A DNA stretch of 64,000 nt from Bacteroidales bacterium (GTDB taxonomy: Bacteria > Bacteroidota > Bacteroidia > Bacteroidales > GWA2-32-17), in NCBI GenBank assembly GCA_036171595.1, contig JAVHRJ010000602.1:136-64135 (forward strand), read 5' to 3'. Position numbers and translations under genes: made by a program. Below the pieces are notes generated by a model. It saw only the letters and a program-made list of their open reading frames with translations. It ran no database searches and had not been told where the DNA came from. Shown here in pieces: positions 58,001 through 64,000 of the stretch. The number at the start of each line of letters is the position of its first letter. The first letter of the stretch is position 1.

Positions 58001-58738
58001 GTAAAATATATGACTTATACTAATCTTGACTTTGGTACCGTAAAAGGATTAACTATTGGGTATGATTTACGCCGCACTGGAAATGTAACATTCCGTTTAA
58101 ATTACACCTTACAATTTGCTAATGGTACAGGTTCAAATGAAACAACTAGTAAAGCACTTATTGAAACAGGGCAGCCAAATTTAAGAACAACAATTCCTTT
58201 AGACTTTGACCAACGTCATGCAATTGTAGGTAATTTAGATTATCGATTTGCTAGTGGTCGTGCTTATACCGGACCAAAAGTTGCTGGTAAAGATATATTA
58301 CAAAATACTGGTGCTAATTTTACTTTTAATTATGGAACTGGCTCGCCTTACAGTAAAAGAGATATCAATACAAATTATTTAGTTGGTTCTATAAACGGTG
58401 CTAGAAAACCTTCGCGTTTTACCATTAATTTAAGATTAGATAGAGATATTGAATTGAGTTATGGGAAAGGCGAAACAGCAGAAAATAAGAAAAAAGCTGC
58501 TTTAAATATTTATTTAGAAATAAATAATTTATTAAATAGTCAAGCAATATTAAATGTTTATAGTACAACTGGTAATGCCGATGATGATGGATTTTTAACT
58601 AATGCTAAAAATCAAGTTGATATAAGTTCTCAAAATAGTCCTGAAGCATACAGAAACTACTATACAATGTATATTAACAACCCTTATAATTATTCTTATG
58701 CAAGAACAATTCATTTGGGTTTACTATTAAGTTTTTAA
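55067..58738 (+). CDS. Large TonB-dependent-receptor-like outer membrane protein with an N-terminal CarboxypepD_reg domain and plug
   Basis: Signal peptide (STNVFAQ). Carboxypeptidase-regulatory-like domain (LQGKVVDASNGEAIAFANVSVE..TDFDGKFVIKPIPAGNYDVKASYVGYHT). Plug region (IRGSRSEATVYYIDGVKV, ITGGIPAKYGDVTGGIISVTT). Long beta-barrel region with terminal ...HLGLLLSF. No SusD-like gene follows. Confidence 0.75.
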   Translation: MLKKIFFILAVAIISTNVFAQSGTLQGKVVDASNGEAIAFANVSVESNGQVVTGGMTDFDGKFVIKPIPAGNYDVKASYVGYHTLQYKGLKIMSGKITFQDFKISPSSQVLNEVEVKEYKVPLISKDQTSTGGSVTSEEIAKMPGRSADAVATTVGGVYSERGEVGSIRGSRSEATVYYIDGVKVRGSSNMPKSATGQVEVITGGIPAKYGDVTGGIISVTTKEPARETYGSVELVTSKLLDAYNYNLAEFTFTGPLYSKKTVDPYDSTKIKKDVKAGYFLSASYHSEADGSPSSIGWWKANDGVVEQMLADPYRRNETGFGALLNTEFLGAENFKKVKAQSDAQSKEMSISGKVDFKPSRNVNITFGGTFNYLKYRDVDYANSLFNSNNNGEVINRTMRGYARITQKFQSDDEKENATALIKNAFYQIQFDYTKNYQTVQDPYNKNDLFKYGYVGKFTTTKVNSYGWTDTVSGYSSGVWNHNGFADLYYAFEPSDINPDLAAYTSAYYSLYPQLSGFYQNMENVQAGKGLLNGENPDPTYTTSGTQLNAGGTLYNSPGTFYNGNSKLENTQYRVSASGSADIKGHEISIGFEFEQRDDRSFGVSPSSLWAYGRQYTNKHINELDTKNPHPVYDANGVFQDTVWYDRLYTNTQTQFDEKLREALGMQKTGLNWIDFDSYDPSIFSIDFFSADELLNTGRYSIVSYYGFDAHGKKLTSKPTLNDFLTATDENGRMKFEIPSFQPIYGAAYLQDKFAFNDLVFNVGLRIDRFDANQMVLKDPYCLYETVKASEIPSFLGTRPGNISSDAVVYTDNVDNPTAIKGYREGTSPQDVKWYDANGTQITDPSLIASNGIMNPYLVKNDKVLRIGGFKDYEPQINVMPRIAFSFPISDVALFFAHYDILTKRPTSYGRMNPIQYYYIESKAADPLNNPNLKTEKTIDYELGFQQKLNNTSSLKISAFYREMRDNVQVQYMFGAYPVKYMTYTNLDFGTVKGLTIGYDLRRTGNVTFRLNYTLQFANGTGSNETTSKALIETGQPNLRTTIPLDFDQRHAIVGNLDYRFASGRAYTGPKVAGKDILQNTGANFTFNYGTGSPYSKRDINTNYLVGSINGARKPSRFTINLRLDRDIELSYGKGETAENKKKAALNIYLEINNLLNSQAILNVYSTTGNADDDGFLTNAKNQVDISSQNSPEAYRNYYTMYINNPYNYSYARTIHLGLLLSF

Positions 58739-58758
58739 TTTGAAAAAAATTAAATGAT

Positions 58759-61700
58759 ATGGAAACAATTAAATTAAATCGGACAATTGCAATTGTAGCT
58801 CTAACATTTTTGTTAGTACAACCTATTTTTGCTCGTAAATTAGAATCCGAAAAAAACACCAATGGTACAAGAAGCATAAATGCTGGTGGATGTGTTACTC
58901 CTTCTGCGCGTTCAGAAATGGCACTTAATAATGTAAGAGCTTTAATATTTACTGGAGGTGATATGTGGTGGGATTTGCAAACAAATGCTAAATATGAAAT
59001 TCCTAATGGGTCAGGTAAAACATCATTATTTTGTGGTGCTATTTGGATTGGTGGTACCGATGTTAACGGGCAGTTAAGAGTTGCTGGTGCAAGATATCGT
59101 TCAATTGGTACCGATTATTTTACTGGACCTCTTATCTCAAATCAGGGTACTACTACTCCCGAAGAATGTTTAAAATGGGATAAACATTTTAAAATTACTC
59201 GTAATGAGGTTGCCGAATTTCGTTCGTGGTGGCGTGCAAAACAAGCTAATAATATCGAACTGCTTAATTCACAATTTTCAAACTATAGTGGACCTCCAGC
59301 TGATATTACAAATTATCCGGGAAATAATTCAAACCCAGATTACGAACGTAATTTAGCTCCTTATTGGGACGAAAATGGAGATGGCGTATATAATCCAGAT
59401 GATGGTGATTACCCTTTTTACGATCTTGATAAAACCCAACCATGTGGTACCTCGCGTGAAAAGAGATTACCAAGGTTATATGGCGATGAAACAATGTGGT
59501 GGGTATATAATGATAGAGGAAATATTCATACCGAAACAAAAGGAAAAGAAATTGGAATGGAAATTCGCTCACAATACTTTGCTTTTGCTACCAATGATGA
59601 ACTTAACAACATGACTTTTGGTAATTATGCATTAATAAACCGTTCAACATACACTTTACAAGATTGTTACTTTGGTGTGTGGACAGATGGAGATTTGGGC
59701 GAAGCTACCGATGATTATGTTGGAACCGATGTTGCACGAGGGCTAGGATATATATATAATGCTGATGAATCTGATGGCGATGGGAATGGACATACATACG
59801 GCTCGCAACCACCTGCTGTTGGTATCGATTTTTTTGAAGGACCATATATGGATGCAAATGTTGTAAATGGAGATACTATTGATAGAGGAAATGCTTGGGA
59901 TACAGTTACTAATATTTTAAATATTAATAGTCCATATATTTATAATGGTAGTATAAATGGTTTGAATTTTGGTGATGGAGTTGTAAATAATGAGCGTTGG
60001 GGAATGAGACGCTTTATGTATCATATTAATTCTTCTGGTGTTCAAGGTGACCCTACTACTGCAGTAGAATATTATAATTATTTAATTGGAAAATGGAGAA
60101 ATGGTACACCTGCAACTTATGGTGGTACAGGTATAGGAGGAACTATTCCTTCAAACTTTATGTACCCTGATGATACTGACCCAAGTGGTTGGGGAACGGG
60201 AACCCCACAAGCAACATGGAAACAAACCGGTACTCCTTATGATTTACGTATTGTACAATCGGCAGGACCATTTACACTTACTCCTGGTATGACCAATGAT
60301 ATAACTGTAGGTATGGTTTGGGCAAGGGCAACTTCTGGTGGTGCATGGGCTTCGGTTAATGAATTAAGAAGAGCCGACGATAAAGCACAACGCTTATTCG
60401 ATGTTTGTTTTAAAATTGTTGATGGACCAAACGCTCCTGAACTAGATATTATTGAACTTGATAAAGAATTAGTATTTCATATTTTTAATACTAAAGGGTC
60501 AAATAACTATTTAAATACACCTGAAGATTATAAAGAATTAGATCCATTTATTGTTTGCCCAACAAATAATGCTAATTGCGATCAATACTTTACATTCCAA
60601 GGTTATCAAGTATTTCAATTAAAAGATGAAAGTTCATCGGTTACAGATATTGAAAATGCTGATAAAGCTAGACTCGTATTTCAATGCGATAAAAAAGATA
60701 CAATTTCTAGGATTATAAATTATGAATACGATAACCAACTAGGTGCATCGGTACCAAAATTAAAAGTTGAAGGAGCAAATTTAGGAATACAACATTCGTT
60801 TACATTAACCGAAGATGCTTTTGCAACTGGTGATAAACGTTTAGTTAACCATAAAACATATTACTATGTTGCTATTGCTTATGGATATAATAACTACAAA
60901 GCATATAATCCTGAGGATGCAACTGCTCTTGATGGTCAAAAGAAACCATATTTACCTAGCCGTAGCGGAGTTTCTGGAGCTGTAACAACATATTCAGCAA
61001 TACCACATTTTAGAGATCCTTCTAATGAAGGAACAATTTTAAACTCACAATTTGGTGATGGTCCAAAAGTCGTTCAAATTGAAGGTCATGGTAATGCTAA
61101 TAATGAGTTACATTTAACTCAAAAAACTATCGATAAAATTATGGCTGGCTATCCATGGAAGTCTGATAGTACTGAGTATGAAAATGGATATGGTCCAATT
61201 CAAATTAAAGTAATTGATCCATTACAAGTACCTTCAAAAAATTTCGGATTAAAATTTATTCCCGATTCAACCGAAGTAGGCACATCAAGTCCATTAATAA
61301 ATTATATTAAAAAATCAAAATGGATGGCATACGCAATTCCAGCTATATCATCTGATGATACTGTTAAATCTGATTCTTGGATAGGTTATTTAAATGAACA
61401 AATAATTCCTCAATGGGGTATTTCAATTACTATTCAACAAGTGCCATGGCCAATGAAAGATGATGCAGCATCATTCCAAAATGGTTATATTTCATCTTCG
61501 GTAAAATGGGCAGATCCAAATAAAATTTGGGCAACATTTATTCAAGATTTCGATGGATGTGGATTCCCAAATTGGTTAAGATGTGGTACAACTGAAGATG
61601 TAACTAATGCTTCTTGTAACGATATACAAGGTACTGGTGGAAATGCAATAGATAAAGACCAATATTATGAAAAAATAATTAATGGCACATGGGGACCTTA

Positions 61701-62937
61701 TGCTTTTTCAATGCAAGATTATTTGCAAGGACCAACTTATAATGGAGTTTCAATTCACATTAACCATACTATTGCGTCAAATGATAAAAGGTTATCCAGT
61801 GTTCATGTAGTAATTACAAAAGATAAATCAAAGTGGTCGCGTTGTCCCGTAATAGAAATGGCAGAATATGATATACCTGGTGGATTTAAACCTGGAATGA
61901 GTGAAGGTGGGCAGTATAAATTTAGTGTAAGAAAACATGCTTCGGTTGATAAAAATGGAAGTTCTACGAATATTGGCGATTCTGCAAATATTAATTCTTC
62001 AAATTATTTATATTCACAAGGAATGGGGTGGTTTCCAGGTTATGCAATTGATGTTGAAACAGGTGAAAGATTAAATATTGTGTTTGGCGAAGATTCACAT
62101 TATCCTGCTCAAAATGGAGCTGATATGATTTGGAATCCAACTAATCAATATGCATCGCCATTATGGTATCAAACAGGTGGTGCAATTGGCGACTTATATT
62201 TGGGTGGAAAGCATGTGATTTATGTTTTTGGTCATAATGGAGACACTTTAACTGCAAACGATAAAAAATATTATATGCCCGCTTACGATGAAGGTAAATG
62301 GATGTATGATAAACTAACTGCAATTACTTCTGAAACAGGAATGCAAGGGTTAAATAAAGTAAAAATTTGGAATAATGCAATGTGGGTTTCGTATCCAACT
62401 CTATCTCCAGAACTTATTATGGAAACTAACCCATCAGATCCTTATTATTTTATTAAATCAGACGTTACTTTTGATATTAGTATAGCTAATCCATATCAAA
62501 AATCTGTATATGATTTAGCTGTCGATTCAGTTAATGTTAAAAATGATAATTTACCAATGTACTATTTCTCACTTAAAGATTTAGTACCAGTTAAAAATGA
62601 TAATTTAACAGCTAAAGATGCATTAGATTTAATAAGAGTTGTACCAAATCCATATTATGGTTATAGTGGTTACGAAAAAAATCAGTTAGACTATAAGGTT
62701 AAAGTAACTAATTTACCACAAAAATGTACTATAAGTATTTATAATATTAGTGGTACATTAATTCGCCGATTTAAAAAGGATAGTGAGTTGTCATATCAAG
62801 ATTGGGATTTGAAGAACGAATATGGAATTACAATAGCTAGCGGTGTTTACATCGTGCACATTGATGCACCAGGCATTGGTGAAAAAATAGTTAAATGGTT
62901 TGGTGCTTTACGACCAATAGACTTAAATAGTTTTTAA
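58759..62937 (+). CDS. 1392-aa secreted protein of unknown function with a T9SS-type/FlgD-Ig-like C-terminal sorting domain
   Basis: Signal peptide (LLVQPIFA). Acidic Ca-binding-like stretches (WDENGDGVYNPDDGDYPFYD, NADESDGDGNGH). The C-terminal ~100 aa fit the CTD pattern (IRVVPNPYYG...CTISIYNISGTLI...WDLKNEYGITIASGVYIVHI...KWFGALR). It starts 20 nt after the receptor-like gene. Confidence 0.6.
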   Translation: METIKLNRTIAIVALTFLLVQPIFARKLESEKNTNGTRSINAGGCVTPSARSEMALNNVRALIFTGGDMWWDLQTNAKYEIPNGSGKTSLFCGAIWIGGTDVNGQLRVAGARYRSIGTDYFTGPLISNQGTTTPEECLKWDKHFKITRNEVAEFRSWWRAKQANNIELLNSQFSNYSGPPADITNYPGNNSNPDYERNLAPYWDENGDGVYNPDDGDYPFYDLDKTQPCGTSREKRLPRLYGDETMWWVYNDRGNIHTETKGKEIGMEIRSQYFAFATNDELNNMTFGNYALINRSTYTLQDCYFGVWTDGDLGEATDDYVGTDVARGLGYIYNADESDGDGNGHTYGSQPPAVGIDFFEGPYMDANVVNGDTIDRGNAWDTVTNILNINSPYIYNGSINGLNFGDGVVNNERWGMRRFMYHINSSGVQGDPTTAVEYYNYLIGKWRNGTPATYGGTGIGGTIPSNFMYPDDTDPSGWGTGTPQATWKQTGTPYDLRIVQSAGPFTLTPGMTNDITVGMVWARATSGGAWASVNELRRADDKAQRLFDVCFKIVDGPNAPELDIIELDKELVFHIFNTKGSNNYLNTPEDYKELDPFIVCPTNNANCDQYFTFQGYQVFQLKDESSSVTDIENADKARLVFQCDKKDTISRIINYEYDNQLGASVPKLKVEGANLGIQHSFTLTEDAFATGDKRLVNHKTYYYVAIAYGYNNYKAYNPEDATALDGQKKPYLPSRSGVSGAVTTYSAIPHFRDPSNEGTILNSQFGDGPKVVQIEGHGNANNELHLTQKTIDKIMAGYPWKSDSTEYENGYGPIQIKVIDPLQVPSKNFGLKFIPDSTEVGTSSPLINYIKKSKWMAYAIPAISSDDTVKSDSWIGYLNEQIIPQWGISITIQQVPWPMKDDAASFQNGYISSSVKWADPNKIWATFIQDFDGCGFPNWLRCGTTEDVTNASCNDIQGTGGNAIDKDQYYEKIINGTWGPYAFSMQDYLQGPTYNGVSIHINHTIASNDKRLSSVHVVITKDKSKWSRCPVIEMAEYDIPGGFKPGMSEGGQYKFSVRKHASVDKNGSSTNIGDSANINSSNYLYSQGMGWFPGYAIDVETGERLNIVFGEDSHYPAQNGADMIWNPTNQYASPLWYQTGGAIGDLYLGGKHVIYVFGHNGDTLTANDKKYYMPAYDEGKWMYDKLTAITSETGMQGLNKVKIWNNAMWVSYPTLSPELIMETNPSDPYYFIKSDVTFDISIANPYQKSVYDLAVDSVNVKNDNLPMYYFSLKDLVPVKNDNLTAKDALDLIRVVPNPYYGYSGYEKNQLDYKVKVTNLPQKCTISIYNISGTLIRRFKKDSELSYQDWDLKNEYGITIASGVYIVHIDAPGIGEKIVKWFGALRPIDLNSF

Positions 62938-62970
62938 AATAAAATTACTTATAACAAAATACAAAAGGAA

Positions 62971-64000
62971 ATGAAAAAAATAAGTATTTTAACAATTATA
63001 GCTGTAGCTACTTTGTTTATATCAAATTCTGGTTTTGCAGGAAACGAACAACGTGCTGGTCAGGCAGGGGCTACAGAATTACTAATTAACCCTTGGGCTC
63101 GTTGCTCGGGCTGGGGTGGGGCTAACACAAGCGGGGTTCGTGGACTCGAAGCACTTAATTTAAATGTAGCAGGTACTGCATTTACTAAAAAAACTGAGCT
63201 TATTTTTAGTCGTACAAACTGGTTGGCAGGCACTGGAATTAGTATGAATGCTTTTGGTTTATCACAAAAAGTTGGCGAAAGTGGAGTTTTAAGTCTTTCG
63301 TTAATGAGTATGAATATTGGCGATATAGAAATTACAACTGTTGATTTGCCCGAAGGTGGAATTGGTACATATAGGCCAACATTAACAAATATTTCGCTTG
63401 CTTATGCTAAAGAATTCTCAAATAGTATTTATGGAGGTTTAGTTGTGAAAATCATTAACGAAAAAACTGCAGATATTGCAGCTTCTGGAGTTTGTTTTGA
63501 TGCAGGTATTCAATATCTTACAGGATTAGGCAAAAACAAGTTAGGAAAGAAAAACCGCGATAATTTACATTTTGGAATATCAATGCGAAATGTTGGTCCA
63601 ACAATGCGATTTAAAGGCGATGGATTATCGTTTAGAGGTAACGTACCCCCAAATGATATAGTAATGACTGTTGAGCAACGCTCGGCCGATTTTGAACTAC
63701 CATCATTAATTGCAATTGGTGTAATGTACGATTTATACATTGCTCAAAAAGTTGATACCGTTGCCGATAAAATAAAAAGCGACCATAGAGTAAGTTTGGC
63801 AGGTAATTTTACTTCAAATTCATTTACAAAAGACCAGATACATGCTGGTTTAGAATATTCTTTTAAAGAAATTGTAATGATTAGAGGTGGTTATATTTAC
63901 GAAAAGGGAATTGGTAGTTATGATACTCGTACAACAGTTTTTACTGGTCCAACAGTTGGCGTGTCTGTACAGATTCCACTTAACAAAGAAAAGGGATCAA
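62971..64000 (+). CDS. PorV/PorQ-family (FadL-like) outer membrane beta-barrel protein, 3'-truncated by the window edge
   Basis: This ORF is not in the track because it has no stop inside the window. The ATG at 62971 is in an open frame to 64000. Signal peptide MKKISILTIIAVATLFISNSGFA. The mature N-terminus (AGQAGATELLINPWARCSGWGGANTSGVRGLEALNLNVAGTAF) matches the family pattern AG-AGA-x-x-L-x-I-x-x-x-AR...G-x-G-G-A. Confidence 0.65.
   Translation, partial: MKKISILTIIAVATLFISNSGFAGNEQRAGQAGATELLINPWARCSGWGGANTSGVRGLEALNLNVAGTAFTKKTELIFSRTNWLAGTGISMNAFGLSQKVGESGVLSLSLMSMNIGDIEITTVDLPEGGIGTYRPTLTNISLAYAKEFSNSIYGGLVVKIINEKTADIAASGVCFDAGIQYLTGLGKNKLGKKNRDNLHFGISMRNVGPTMRFKGDGLSFRGNVPPNDIVMTVEQRSADFELPSLIAIGVMYDLYIAQKVDTVADKIKSDHRVSLAGNFTSNSFTKDQIHAGLEYSFKEIVMIRGGYIYEKGIGSYDTRTTVFTGPTVGVSVQIPLNKEKGS

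Noticed and set aside
58759-62937. Calling the 1392-aa protein PorU because it precedes a PorV-family gene
   Set aside because: I could not recognise a peptidase C25-type His/Cys catalytic dyad context by eye. The downstream barrel also lacks the canonical PorV N-terminal motif. I have left it as unknown function, and a profile search is needed.
1-64000. rRNA, tRNA, tmRNA, RNase P or SRP RNA genes in the intergenic regions
   Set aside because: I checked each spacer longer than about 80 bp by eye for tRNA cloverleaf ends, GGGG...CCACCA tmRNA ends, the RNase P GAGGAAAGUCC box and the SRP GGAAGCAGCC-like motif. None was found. This is a visual check only and a covariance-model scan could overturn it.

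Overview
AT-rich, gene-dense chromosomal segment from a Bacteroidota bacterium. The phylum call rests on the bamD-rpoZ-coaBC-DUF4835-recN synteny, several T9SS-type C-terminal sorting domains, a PorV/PorQ-like barrel, and TAnnTTTG -7 boxes upstream of many genes. It is probably an anaerobe, given a tungsten/molybdopterin-type aldehyde:ferredoxin oxidoreductase, Bcd-EtfBA and fused CcsBA. About 48 CDS are supportable and I found no rRNA, tRNA or CRISPR. Housekeeping genes include recN, coaBC, polA, pheS, glyQS, metF and rluD. These are interleaved with a leucine/isovalerate catabolic set: acyl-CoA dehydrogenase plus etfBA, and a methylcrotonyl-CoA carboxylase operon ending in a beta-carbonic anhydrase. 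Five regions deserve most attention. (1) 33.4-39.0 kb holds four secreted proteins of unknown function whose organisation resembles a chaperone-usher fibre assembly system. (2) 55.1-64.0 kb holds an operon of a 1223-aa plug-containing TonB-receptor-like barrel, a 1392-aa protein with a T9SS-like C-terminal domain, and a PorV/PorQ-like barrel, preceded by (3). (3) 54.2-55.07 kb is an exceptionally long non-coding region containing a repeat-dense segment bracketed by 15-bp inverted repeats. (4) 9.8-10.6 kb is a ParE/RelE-type toxin-antitoxin cassette, with the toxin frameshifted in an A8 tract and flanked by ~62-nt palindrome-containing direct repeats. (5) Two unusual fusions are present: glycogen synthase GT3 with alpha-glucan phosphorylase GT35, and a class III cyclase with an HD domain. 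Every functional call comes from motif recognition by eye. No database search was run.
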